Notes: generated from the letters alone by a model not told the origin. A stretch of DNA of 64,000 nucleotides from Octopus sinensis (GCF_006345805.1 NC_043011.1:32500464-32564463); one strand, 5' to 3'. Shown: positions 1-12,121, numbered from the stretch's first letter. A program made the numbers and translations.

Positions 1-3
1 GTA

Positions 4-228
4 TCTCTTTTACTCTTTTACTTGTTTCAGTCACTTGACTGTGGCCATGCTGGAGCACCGCCTTTAGTCGAGAAAATCGACCCCAGGACTTATTCTTTGT
101 AAGTCTAGTACTTATTCTATCATTCTCTTTTGCCGAACCGCTAAGTTACGGGGACGTAAACACACCACCATCGGTTTCAAGTGATATTGGGGGTGGGGGG
201 CAAACACAGACACACAAACACACACACG

Positions 229-291
<63 letters not shown>

Positions 292-464
292 GCATATATA
301 CGACGGGCTTCTTTCAGTTTCCGTCTACCAAATCCACTCACAATGCTTTTGTCGGCCCGAGGCTTTAGTAGAAGACACTTGCCCAAGGTGCCACGCAGTG
401 GGACTGAACCCGGAACCATGTGGTTGGTAAGCAAGCTACTTATTACACAGCCACTCCTACGCCT
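4..464 (-). mobile_element. SINE A, full length (tRNA-like head, internal (CA)/(TA) microsatellite, LINE-like tail)
   Basis: Minus strand reads AGGCGTAGGAGTGGCTGTG (A-box-like) ... GGTTCAGTCCC (B-box-like) ... GGTGCTCCAGCATGGCC..GACTGAAACAAGTAAAAGAGTAAAAGAG; recurs many times in the window. Confidence 0.9.
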
Positions 465-581
465 ATCTATATTGTGACTGTGGGTACCGCGTAGCGCCTG
501 ACACCCTTCTGTCACAACTAGTGACAACTGAATTTTTCCTTTTAGTTAATATATATGTGTATATATATATATAATATATAT

Positions 582-651
<70 letters not shown>

Positions 652-654
652 GTA

Positions 655-1000
655 GAAAAATACAAACTGGGACAAGAACGTAAAACATTTAGAAGACGAT
701 ACAAAAAACACGAACGGGACATTCGAAGCCTTCAATCTTCAGTCAAGAACCGGATCATCCTAGCAATTTCGGCTGATTAATCTTGAGATCGCTCCGATCC
801 GGCCAGCCACAAGGAAAAACTAAGCTACGAGCATTAGATTTCTTGGAAGAAGGATTGAATGTATGCGAAACATGGACAGAAAAACGGACGATGCCACACG
901 AATATAAAATACAAAAAACAATAATGGTAAAAACAGGACAAAAAACAGCGGGTGTCTTACGACTAATAAACAGTACAAGTTTAGCTGGCGTATTTGGAGA
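655..1000. repeat. Dispersed repeat remnant, possibly Penelope-like-element derived
   Basis: Non-simple sequence flanked by (TA)n; resembles repeats I associate with octopus; no convincing protein similarity in the ORFs. Confidence 0.3.
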
Positions 1001-1320
1001 AAATGCCTTTATCGGCAGACGAAGCAACAGATGTTCTCACGGCATGGTGTCGGGGCCAAAAGGCTGATTTTGACCAGCGGTCACGTGAGAGAAGAGAGAA
1101 AAAAGAAAGGGGGCAAAGGAAACAAAGAGAGAGAGAAAGAGGGACGAAGGCAACAAAGGGGGGAAGAAGAGAGAGAAAGAAGGAATTAAAGAGGGGAGAA
1201 GAAAGAATGCGTGCCAAGGAGGGCTAGTGAGTGCAAAGTGAGAAAGACAGAGAATTGTGAGAGAGTGGGGGGAAGAGTAGACCAAAGAATCAGAGGCAGA
1301 AAAAGGGAGAAAAGTAGGAG

Positions 1321-1390
<70 letters not shown>

Positions 1391-1474
1391 GGACAGATCA
1401 AAGTAGAGTGCAAAGTGTGAAAGGCAGAGAAATGTAGGAGAGAGAGAGACAGTGTGTAGAGTCTATATATATAT

Positions 1475-1509
<35 letters not shown>

Positions 1510-1514
<5 letters not shown>

Positions 1515-1745
1515 CTCGTTCTCTAGTCATATAGAACTCCTAGGATTAGTTTCCCGGTTTCTGCGGCGTATATATATCCCACCCCACCTGGATGGGACGC
1601 CGGTCCGTCGCAGGATTACTCTCTTTTGCTAGCTGAATGGACTAAAACAGCATGAAATGAAGTGCTTTGCTCAAGAACGCAACGCATCGCCCCATCAAGG
1701 AATCGACACCACAATCTTACGATCATCAGTAAAACCACTCTAACT
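1510..1745 (-). mobile_element. SINE C (tRNA head, TTGAGCAAAGCACTTC body, GACGGACCGGCGTCCCATCC / GAAACCGGGAAAC tail Y)
   Basis: Same head/body as the copies at 4937, 25065 and 50210. Confidence 0.75.
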
Positions 1746-1779
1746 GCTTAGCTCCGGCAGAAGGTAATGGCGGACTTCT

Positions 1780-1920
1780 GCTGACTCTTTCACCACAACT
1801 TTCTCTCACTCTTTCCTCCTGCATCTAGCAGCTCACCTGCGGCGGGGAACTTATACGCCAATGAAACCGGGAAACCGGCGCTTATGAGCCAGGCATAGCT
1901 TGAGAAGGAACAAACAACAG
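1780..1920 (+). mobile_element. SINE D fragment (body plus tail Y)
   Basis: ACAACTTTCTCTC..CCTGCATCTAGCAGCTCAC..GCCAATGAAACCGGGAAACCGG..ATGAGCCAGGC is the reverse complement of the element at 21858-22192. Confidence 0.7.
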
Positions 1921-1944
1921 TATATATATATATACACATACATG

Positions 1945-1977
<33 letters not shown>

Positions 1978-2049
1978 GCAGATTTGCATGTTTTATGTAT
2001 GTATTCTCATGCATATAGTTGCATATCTAGACATGCTCATATATATTTA

Positions 2050-2430
2050 AATGATAAACTTCTGGAAAGTTTTACAGATTTTTACAGTTCCAGGGATGGA
2101 TTGGATCTGTGCTCTTCGAATTAGCTTTCTCCTTCCTGGTTTTGAGAAGCCTAATTTCTCAAGATTGGTATTTAGGCAGTGTGTTACATATCCCAGGACC
2201 CCAATAATTACAGGTATAAACCTGAACATGTAATCTGGATATAGTAATTGCAGATTTCTCAATAGTTCAGAATAGGTGTTCTCTTTTTCACTGATCTTCA
2301 GTTTTATGTTAACATCCGCTGGGCAGCTAATTTCCACAACTGTGCACAGTTTCTCTTCTCTATCCCAAATCATTATATCAGGCCTGTTGTGCTTACATTT
2401 TATTGAAGTCTTCACTGGTATATTCCACTT
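2050..2430 (-). mobile_element. Non-LTR retrotransposon 3' fragment, restriction-like endonuclease domain (R4/Dong-type RLE LINE)
   Basis: C-terminal half of ORF 2047..2829: KHNRPDIMIWDREEKLCTVVEISCPADVN...KENTY...FIPVIIGVLG, a PD-(D/E)xK-type RLE motif. Confidence 0.85.
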
Positions 2431-2660
2431 GTATGTATGTATGTTTGCATGTATGTATGTATGTATGTATGTATGTATGTATGTATGTATGTATGTATGT
2501 ATGTATGTGTATTTATGTATGTATGTATGTATGTATGTATGCATGTATGTATGTATGTATGTATGTATGTATGTATGTATGTATGCATGTATGTATGTAT
2601 GTATGTATGTATGTATGTATGAATATATGTATGTAGTATGTATGTATGTATGTATGTATG
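2431..2660. repeat. (TATG)n microsatellite
   Basis: Direct reading. Confidence 0.95.
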
Positions 2661-2884
2661 CCAGTGGATGCATTCCACTGATGTATAATGCCGAACGATA
2701 TGAACATCGGCGTGAAAAGCGATAAAATTGAGCTCTCGAACAAAATACCTTGGTAGTATTTGTTTCGTCCAAGTTACTTAGATGCTTCCTTGTCGCTTTT
2801 GACGTTATAAATTTTGTGGACTGAACCATTTAAACCTGCAACTAACAGCGTTCTTGTCCATAAAGTGCAAAATAAAATCAACAG

Positions 2885-3335
2885 TTCTCCAAGAAGTGAA
2901 TTCTAGAAAGAAAATCTCAGCAATAGCATGGATAAATTATAATAAAGCCTATGAAATGCTTCCACACTCATGGATAAGGGAATGCTTGAGTATATTCAGT
3001 ATTGCAGACAACATAAGATAATTAATTAGCTTTTGCATTAATAATGAAAAGTAGATCTCTACTCAGGTGACACAACTTTAGGGAAAGTTAATATCAAGAG
3101 GAGAATTTTCCAGAGAGACTCGTTATCCCTTTTAATATTTGTGTTATGTTTAACCCTCCTCAGTTTAGTAATAAGGAAAGCAAAAGCAGGGTATTCGTTT
3201 AGTGATAGTAAAGGAAAAATTAACCATTTGCTCTACATGGATGATCTGAAGATTTTAGTAAGAATAAAAAAAAAAGATAGGTTCCTTAATACAAACTGTA
3301 AGACTCTTCAGCAAAGTTACAAGTCTAGAATTTGG
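2885..3335 (+). mobile_element. R4/Dong-type LINE reverse transcriptase fragment (frameshifted)
   Basis: WINYNKAYEMLPHSWIRECL; KRRIFQRDSLSLLIF; INHLLYMDDLK with YMDD at 3234-3245. Confidence 0.88.
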
Positions 3336-3469
3336 TATAGGACAAGTATTCTTGTATTCTTATATTTGTTTCACTCAGTTTGACTGTGGTCACGCTGGAG
3401 AACCGCTTGTTAGCCGAACAAATCTACCCCAGGACTTATTCTTTGTGTGCAAAATTAGGCATAAAAAAT

Positions 3470-4062
3470 GGCGGCGAGCTGACAAATCTTTAGCACACCG
3501 GGCGAAATGCGTAGCCGTATTTCGTCTGCCGGTACGTTCTAAGTTCAAATTCCGCCGGGGTTGACTTGGCCTTTCATCCTTTCGGGGTCGATTAAATAAG
3601 TACCAGCTACGCACTGCGGTCGATATAATCGACTTAATCTGTTTGTCTGTCCTTGTTTGTCCCCTCTGTGTTTAGCCCCTTGTTGGTTGTAAAGAAATAG
3701 GTATTTCGTCTGCCGCTACTTTCTGAGATCAAATTCCGCCGAGTTCGACTTTGCCTTTCATCCTTTCGGGGTCGATTAAGTAAGTACCAGTTACGGACTG
3801 CGGTCGATATAATCGACTTAATCCGTTTGTCGTACCTTGTTTGTCTCTTCTGTGTTTAGCCCCTTGTGGGTAGTAAAGAAATAGGTATTTCGTTTGCCGG
3901 TACGTTCTGAGTTCACATTTCACCGAGGTCGACTTTCCCTTTCATCCTTTCGGGGTCGATTAAATAAGTACCAGTTACGCACTGGAGTCGATGTAATCGA
4001 CTTAATCCCTTTATTTGTCCTCTCTGTGTTTAGCCGCCTGTTGGCAATAAAGAAACAAAAAT
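3470..4062 (+). mobile_element. SINE B tandem array (one full unit plus two units lacking the first ~40 nt)
   Basis: About 190-bp period; each new unit starts at GTATTTCGT directly after the AAAGAAATAG tail. Confidence 0.88.
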
Positions 4063-4165
4063 AGGTATAAAAAAGGGACAGGTAGTTAACAGTGAAGGCA
4101 TTCAATTACCAGATCATCAGACATTAAAATCACTGAAAGAAGGAGAAAGTTATAAGTATCTAAAC
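4062..4165 (+). mobile_element. Continuation of the R4/Dong RT fragment after the SINE cluster
   Basis: Translates GIKKGQVVNSEGIQLPDHQTLKSLKEGESYKYL, the segment that follows YMDD...EFG in this LINE type. Confidence 0.75.
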
Positions 4166-4169
4166 CAAA

Positions 4170-4470
4170 CTGACACTCCGACGAGGGTCAACGGAACGGC
4201 CTGCTCGTGAAATTAACGTGCAAGTGGCTGAGCACTCCACAGACACACGTACCCTTAACGTAGTTCTCAGAGACATTCAGCGTGACACAGAATCACAGAA
4301 TGTAACAAGGCTGGGTCCTTTGAAATACAGGTACTCACTTTTGCCAGCTGAGTGGACTGGTGTAATGTGAAGTGAAGTGTCTCGCTCACGGACACAACGC
4401 ATCGCAGGGAATTGAACTCAGAACCTTACTATCATGAGCCAAATACTCTGGCAACTGAGCCACGTACCTT
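4170..4470 (-). mobile_element. SINE C with tail X (AAGGGTACGTGTGTCTGTGGAGTGCTCAGCCACTTGCACGTTAATTTCACGAGCAGGC)
   Basis: Reverse complement matches 50210-50520. Confidence 0.82.
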
Positions 4471-4472
4471 AA

Positions 4473-4544
4473 CTAAGGTCCTGTGAGTGGATTTGGTGGA
4501 CGGAAACTGAAAGAAGCTCGTCGTATATATATATATATATATAT

Positions 4545-4615
<71 letters not shown>

Positions 4616-4832
4616 CTTCGTGTTTGAGTTTGGCTCCCCATCTCCACTTGACTACATCCGTGTTCATGTGTTTATGACACCCGTAACTTAGCGGTTCGGC
4701 ATAAGGGACTGATAGAATAAATACTAGGTTTTAAAAAATAAGTCCTGGGGTCGATTTGTTCAATTAAAACACTTCAAGAAGGTGCTCCAGCAAGGTAACT
4801 GTCAAATAACTGAAACAAGTACAAGAATAAAA
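4473..4832 (+). mobile_element. SINE A, 5'-truncated
   Basis: GTGAGTGGATTTGGTGGACGGAAACTGAAAGAAG, (TA)(TG) array, tail ..ACTGAAACAAGTACAAGAATAAA. Confidence 0.85.
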
Positions 4833-4843
4833 TAATACATACA

Positions 4844-4877
<34 letters not shown>

Positions 4878-4936
4878 ATATTATATATATATAATATATT
4901 ATATATATATATATATATATTATATATAATTATATA

Positions 4937-5188
4937 GGGCGGTGAAGTGGCGAAGCCGTGTGGTTAAGGGTGTTGCACTCACGATTGCAAAATTGGGGCT
5001 CCGTACCTGGGCAAGCGGCGGGTTTTGTTCTTGAGCAAGACACTTCATTTCACGTTACTCCAGTCCACTCAGCTGTAAATGATAACCCTGCTACGGACCG
5101 GTGTCCCATTCAAGGGAAATGTTGTGATCACAGTCTCTTATACGCAATGGACACCGAGTGATCGGCCCTCGGAGTCTTCGGCTTCAAG

Positions 5189-5190
<2 letters not shown>
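4937..5190 (+). mobile_element. SINE C-related, diverged
   Basis: GTTCTTGAGCAAGACACTTCATTTCACGTTACTCCAGTCCACTCAGCTG body and AACCCTGCTACGGACCGGTGTCCCATTC segment. Confidence 0.7.
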
Positions 5191-5270
<80 letters not shown>

Positions 5271-5433
5271 CAACAACAACCAGCAATACAAGAAAATGGA
5301 ATTTTTTTTGCACTATGTATTCTCCACTTGCTAACAGGATTTACCAAGTCTTACATGTTATATAGAAAGTAAAGAATTGCCAATTAGAAATTCGTCAGAC
5401 AGAGAAAGAAATGCTTTATTATACCTTAACTAC

Positions 5434-5474
<41 letters not shown>

Positions 5475-5848
5475 ACAAAATAATAAAGAAAACATATGCC
5501 TATATACATATATGTACGTACCTACATCTATATGTATATATACATGCATATATGAGTAAATGAAACAGAGGCGACTGAAGAAGGGGAATGCTCCTTGTGT
5601 TGGTTGTCTTGTACTCTATTTTTTTCGTTGTTTATGAAAAATGTTCATTTCCTTGGTTTTGTGTTTATGTTTTCGTTTCTCATTGTGTTCGACGTTTTTT
5701 TTTTTGGTGTCCTGTACCCATATATGCATGTATATATACATATAGATGTAGGTACGTACATATATGTATGTATATATGCATATGTTTTAATTATTAATTT
5801 ATTATTATATGATAGAACGCCACGCATTCACGTCTAAGTAAGTTCTAT

Positions 5849-5917
<69 letters not shown>

Positions 5918-5954
5918 TATATATATATACACATATAACATACATATATATGTG

Positions 5955-5985
<31 letters not shown>

Positions 5986-6062
5986 CATACATACATACAT
6001 ACATACATACATACACACATATATAATATATATGTACTATATATATATATATATAATATATG

Positions 6063-6305
6063 TTAGAAAATTGAGGTAATCAGATCAATGTTTCATATTT
6101 GTAGATATTTCATATATTACATTTTTACATATATATCATATCATCGGATTAGCGCTTGCTCCATTCTAGTGGGTTTTTCAAATCAAATCAGTTTGTGGGT
6201 AGTTGAACCTTTTTATATCAATGATATGTTATATATGTAAAAAATGTAATATATGAATAAATCTACAATATGAACCATCTGAATCTTATTACCTCATTTT
6301 TCTAA
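6063..6305. repeat. Imperfect inverted repeat, ~80-bp arms (about 6063-6143 / 6218-6305)
   Basis: TTAGAAAATTGAGGTAATCAGATC..CATATTACATTTTTACATATATATCATATCAT versus its reverse complement ATGATATGTTATATATGTAAAAAATGTAATAT..ATTACCTCATTTTTCTAA. Confidence 0.8.
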
Positions 6306-6367
6306 TATATAATACCTGTACATCATCTCCAAACCTTCCGAATATATTATATATATACATACATATT

Positions 6368-6676
6368 TTGTTTTGGGATTTGGTTTGCAAGATTCTTTAT
6401 GTGAGTTCGTGTGTTGAAGCATATTCTGTTGTGTCTGGGGAGAGTCATTTTCTTTTTCTGTCCTTATAATTAACACACTCACCGGTAAAGACTATTGAAA
6501 GGGTGGCAAGATGCCACGTAAATTTTAGGAAAATAAAAAAAAGAAAAAGCTGAAATTTTACCCAGTGCGTGTGTTAAATTATAGGCACAAAAAGAAAACG
6601 ACTCTCCCCAGACACAACAGAATATGCTTCAACACGAACTCACTAAAGAATCTTGCAACACCAAATCCCAAAACAA
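6368..6676. repeat. Near-perfect inverted repeat, ~90-bp arms (6368-6457 / 6589-6676)
   Basis: TTGTTTTGGGATTTGG..ATATTCTGTTGTGTCTGGGGAGAGTC versus GACTCTCCCCAGACACAACAGAATAT..CCAAATCCCAAAACAA. Confidence 0.9.
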
Positions 6677-6797
6677 CTAGTATTTATATATATATCTATA
6701 TATATATATACATAAATATATATATATAAGTGTGTATGTATGTATGTATGTATGTATGTATGTATGTTGTATGTATGTATACACATATATATGTATG

Positions 6798-6839
<42 letters not shown>

Positions 6840-6877
6840 TATATAGTGTGTGTGTGGTGTGTGTGTGGTGTGTGTAT

Positions 6878-7010
6878 TCACTCAGCGCACTGGTCGGCCC
6901 GAGTCTGTTGTAAAAGATACTTTCCCAATGTGACGCGCAGTGAGATTGAACCCGAAACCTTTCGGTTATAAATCGAACTTCTTAACAAGACAGTTGTGCC
7001 TGCACCTATA
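6878..7010 (-). mobile_element. SINE A head fragment, diverged
   Basis: GGTCGGCCCGAG..GAACCCGAAACC..GCCTGCACCTATA. Confidence 0.65.
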
Positions 7011-7478
7011 TGCACTGCACTCGATACATTCGATTATATTTTTGTCATGTGCTTGATTAGAAATCAATAATTCGAATTACGTAATGCATGGTGTAATCAC
7101 ACACTGCTATCTTTCCGTATAGTCTTCGTTAAATAACATCGTGTATCACGGAATACCGCGTACGATTACGCAACACCTTATTGCGTGGCACAATATGAAA
7201 GTGTTTGGTGCATTCTTCGCCGGTTTCAGAGTTGAGCATCTTTATAGTAGTTCGATCGAATGAATAAACGTGGAAGCGGCTGGGTATTCCAAAGGCATGT
7301 GAATCAAATACGTAGTGCTAAAACTTAAGCCGAATCGACGTGGACGCCGCTATTTGACGGTGTTGGACACTTTTTAATTATAGAGAAAGAAAAGAAGGAA
7401 GGAGGAGGGGAGAGAATGAGAGAGATGGGAAGAGAGAGAGAGAGAGATACAGTGATATATATGCATGTATATATATAT

Positions 7479-7523
<45 letters not shown>

Positions 7524-8073
7524 GAGAGTGAGAGAGAGAGAGAAGGGGAGAGAGAGAGAAAACGACTACAATTTCAGATTGGTACTTAGTCGGTTCCTAA
7601 AGGGACAAGAGGACAAAGTTGACCTCGGAGGGATTTTGAACTCGGACTACATGGTGTCCGGGAGAATACTGGCGCGCTAACAATTCTGTCACTGTGAACT
7701 GCCACCATATTGTATGTATGTATGTATATATATATATATATATATATAGATATATATATCTATATATATATATATATATATTTAAAGATATATGTATATA
7801 TACATTTATATTAATATATATATCTATATATATATATATATTATATATATATAATATATAAACTATATACATTTATATATAATATAATACATTACATATA
7901 TATATAATATATATATTATATATATACATACATATATATTATATAATAACATATATATATATATATACATAATATATACATATATATAATATACTATATA
8001 TGTAACATACACCACATATATATATATATATATATATACATACATATATATATATATATCTATACATACATAT

Positions 8074-8104
<31 letters not shown>

Positions 8105-8524
8105 CGTACTTACATTATATATATATACATGCATATATACATACATATGTATATATATATGCATATATATATGTATGTCATGTATCAGGCTACTGGTATA
8201 GTGGATACAAGAAGGAAAGCAGTTTGCTGCAGACTCTTTCCGTTTCACTTATCCCTTTGCTGCAAATGCAGTTATGCAGTTAACTATATCTGCTCATATT
8301 GTGCATTAGTTATCAGCAGTTGCAGCAACAATGCAGTTGTTTAAGGCAGAGGTGTTGAGAACAAAACCTACGTTGTTTTAAGGCGGTGCACCTCCCCCGT
8401 TTTATTTTTGTTCTGTTACACGGGAGCCTCTTATGATGTACATTTTCACCAAAGGACGGCAGCTCGTGTCTCATTAATAACGCTGTGCATCCCCTCCACT
8501 TCACACCCCTTCATGATATTTCAG

Positions 8525-8740
8525 TAATAACGAAGACACGCCTACGACGATTTACTAATAGTGTGGACACGCCTATAAGGTCTCACTAATAATGAATAAC
8601 ATTACGACATGTCACTAATGTTGCAGATCTTCATAATGCTCCAGCACTAATAACGTGGACACGCCTATGACGTCTTACTAACAATGAAGATATTTTACGA
8701 TATGTCTCTAATACTGCGGGCATCTCTTATGATGTGTCAG
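8525..8740. repeat. Degenerate ~30-bp minisatellite, about 7 units
   Basis: TAATAACGAAGACACGCCTACGACGATTTAC / TAATAGTGTGGACACGCCTATAAGGTCTCAC / TAATAACGTGGACACGCCTATGACGTCTTAC. Confidence 0.7.
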
Positions 8741-8984
8741 TCTTTAAAAACCACAAACGATATCCCAGTAACATTGTGAAATCCTTGGGAAAGTCTTTAA
8801 ATGCCACGCAAAGAGGTCTTGTCAGTTTCTTAAGAATGAGCAACTGTGAATCGCTCAGTGTGCAGGATAGATAGTGTGGTGGATAACTAGTCAACAAAAG
8901 GTCGCTGGTTCGTACCAAGTCAGCGGGTATATTACTTAGCTTTCAAAATGCCTGGTCTACTTATTTAAATAGAAAAAAAAAAAG

Positions 8985-9572
8985 GATAAAGACTCACCTT
9001 CGGTCATGAACGACCATGCTGTTGCACCTAGAAAGTTACCCTCCGTGGCACATGTCTGGACAAGGTTGTTTATGGAAGACCAGCAGTCGCCCATGCACAC
9101 CAGCCTCCCATCTCCATGTCCCTGATGTTATCCAAAGGAAAGGCAAAGGCCAAGAAAGTTAACCCTCCGTGGCACATGTCTGGACAAGGTTGTTTATGGA
9201 AGACCAGCAGTCGCCCATGCACACCAGCCTCCCATCTCCATGTCCCTGATGTTATCCAAAGGAAAGGCAAAGGCCAAGAAAGTTAACCCTCCGTGGCACA
9301 TGTTTGGACAAGGTTGTTTATGGAAGACCAGCAGTCGCCCATGCATAACGGCCTCCCCTCTCCAGGCCACCAATGTTATCCAAAGGAAAGGCAAAGGCCA
9401 ATACAGCTTGGCACCAGTGAAGTCAGAACTCATTTCTACAGCTGAGTGAACTGGGGCGACGTGTATTAAAGCGTTTGCTCAAGAACACAATACAGATCCC
9501 GGTCCGGGAATCGGACTCACTACCTCATGATTGTGAGCTCGACGCTCTAACCACTGAGCCATGCACCTTCAC
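8985..9572 (-). mobile_element. SINE C head with a third tail type (Z) containing a 123/124-bp triplication
   Basis: tRNA-like head GTGAAGGTGCATGGCTCAGTGGTTAGAGCG at the 9572 end; repeat units start at 9031, 9154 and 9278. Confidence 0.8.
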
Positions 9573-9717
9573 ACATTATTTAGATATAAGAACGACAACA
9601 TACGTTTTCTGGAGCATTTGGCACCAAAGCCTTTCTGGATTTCAGTATTTTTCCGAGACAGGTCTGGTTACCTTGGCAGCAAACTCGAAATTAAGCAAAA
9701 ATTAAATTTACTTAAAT

Positions 9718-9960
9718 AAGCGCGGGTATGGCTGTGTGGTAAGAAGATTGCTTCCCTACTACATGGTTCCGCGTTCAGTCTCACTGCATGGCACCTTGGG
9801 CAAGTGTCTTTTGGTCATCCTCGGGCTGACCAAAGCCTTGTGAATGGATTGGGTAGATGGAAACTGAAAGAAGCGCGCCGTGTGTGTGTGTGCGTACGTA
9901 TGTGTATGTATGTATGTATGTATGTATGTATGTATGTATGTATGTATGTATGTGTGTGCA

Positions 9961-9991
<31 letters not shown>

Positions 9992-10211
9992 ATGTGTGTG
10001 TCATTGTGCCTGTTTGTCCCCCAACACCGTTTGACAACCGATGCTGGTGTATTTACGTCCCAGTAACTTAGCGGTTCGGCTTAAGAGATCGATGGAATAA
10101 GTATCAAGCTTAACAAGTAAGTACTGGGGTCGATTTCTTCGACTAAAAATTCTTCAAGGCGGTGCCCCAGCTTGGCCGCACTTTAATGACTGAAACAAGA
10201 TGAGACATAAA
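9718..10211 (+). mobile_element. SINE A, full length
   Basis: Head GGTATGGCTGTGTGGTAAG, internal (TG)/(TATG) array, tail GACTGAAACAAG. Confidence 0.88.
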
Positions 10212-10469
10212 CGGCGAAAGGATTAAATAAAAAATACAGTTGCCAGTAATTTTAGAGCAAATTAGAGAGGATTATAAAGGTTTCCGGATTATCGGTACAG
10301 GGAAAAATCCGTGTTGTGCCTTTACCAGCAACAGCATTTGGAAAGTCGGCAAATGGTTCGTTAATTTGCAGCACTAAGTTTAATCCCTCGTAAATGGTTT
10401 CGTATTTTCGTATCTCCCTCTCCGTCGTGGTATTTACTTGGTGACTGCATGTGCAGCTTTCTCGGAGAA

Positions 10470-10511
<42 letters not shown>

Positions 10512-10898
10512 TGAGATGGGCTCTGCCTTGTTGATTTTCCCAAGGTAGACAACACACCGGCATATTTTTCATTCATTCACTCACTTCCTCTCTGTCAAGA
10601 TTTTTACTTGGTCACTGCATGCGTAGGTTTCTCATATATATATATAATTATAATAATAATATTAGGGACTATAACTCCAAATTTACAGGGAAAAATTCAA
10701 TTTAGTATTAAATCAAATTTCACAATAGAAATATATAATATATATAAATTAGAGAAAAACCACTATTATCCAATTCAAACAATGATAGACATAAACCAAA
10801 TCATAAATAAAAATAAAATATATTTTTTTAAACATATAACTATATCACTATGAATGATCAATATATAATAAGTAAGTAATAAGCAATAAGAGTAATAG

Positions 10899-10987
<89 letters not shown>

Positions 10988-10999
10988 GTTGTGTGTGTG

Positions 11000-11030
<31 letters not shown>

Positions 11031-11398
11031 AAAAGAGAAAGTAAGAGAGAGAGAGAGGGGGGATGGGCTATGCCTTGTTGATTTTCCCAATGTTATCCAA
11101 AGGATGGGCATATTTTCCAGTGAATCAAGGGCTACTACAAACCCAGTAAGTCAAAGGTTTCGTCACACAACAAGGGAGGCGAATGCATAATGTTTACTCG
11201 TTGACCGGGAACCTCTACGCGATTATTCGATCTGGTAAAAGAATAAACGGCAAGAATAATTTCCTAGGGGTAGCAATGACTGTGTAGTTAAGAAGGGAGC
11301 TTAGATAAATATCTTCTCCTATAACCCCGAACCGTCCAATAGGTTGTGAGTGAATTCGATAGACGGAAACTGTGTGGAAGCTCGCCATATATGAATAT

Positions 11399-12050
11399 AT
11401 ACAGGCGTGACTGTGTGGTAAGAAACTTGCTTCCCAACCACATGGCTCCGGGTTCAGTCCCACTGCGTGGCATCTTGGTCAAGTGCCTTCTACTATAGCT
11501 TCAGGTCGACCAAACACTTATAAGTGGATTTGGTTGATGAAAACTGAATGAAAGCCCGTCGTATATATCTTTATATATAAAAGTCAAGTTGTGTATCTGT
11601 CTCCTACGATTTAGATTCCTAACTACTCCCACATTTTGGGGTGCAGTGAACCAAAAGCGGGTATCTTATAGTCGTGATTCATATCGAGCCCTTCTGGGTA
11701 TTAGCGCGCGTCTACGATGAGGCTACGATTTTAAAAATAATTTACCATCATTTTTTTTCATTTTAATGCATTTTTCGCTATTATATAAGGGAAGTAACTC
11801 TCTAAAAATGTTTACGATGAGTCAACGATTTAAAAAAAAATTACCATAATTTTTTTTCCATTTTTAATGCATTTTTTTGCTATTTTTTGGCTATAACTCT
11901 CTAAAAATGCTTATATAGTTATTTCCCTTACAAACCCGAGCAACGCCGGGCGATGCTGCTAGTATGTATATATATATATATATATATATCGATGTGTGTG
12001 CGTCTTTGTTTTTGTTCCCTCATCATCGCTTGGCTACCAGTGTATTTGAG
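11399..12050 (+). mobile_element. SINE A interrupted by a Helitron in its microsatellite
   Basis: Head at 11399-11560; (TA)n and SINE body resume after 11962. Confidence 0.75.
11568..11962 (+). mobile_element. Non-autonomous Helitron, copy 1
   Basis: A|TC 5' end, 3' hairpin CCCGAGCAACGCCGGG followed by CTAG|T; second copy at 29056. Confidence 0.85.
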
Positions 12051-12121
12051 ACTTTTGATTTGCTTTGTGAAACGACAACGCATTATCTTATTTTTTCCCA
12101 GTATGAATGAATCTTTAATGC

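Noticed and set aside
2050-4165. Twin-priming inversion linking the minus RLE fragment and the plus RT fragment
   Set aside because: Would need a large internal deletion, the fragments may be different lineages, and no TSD was found.
8525-8740. CRISPR-like array
   Set aside because: Eukaryotic context, degenerate units, no unique spacers, no cas genes.
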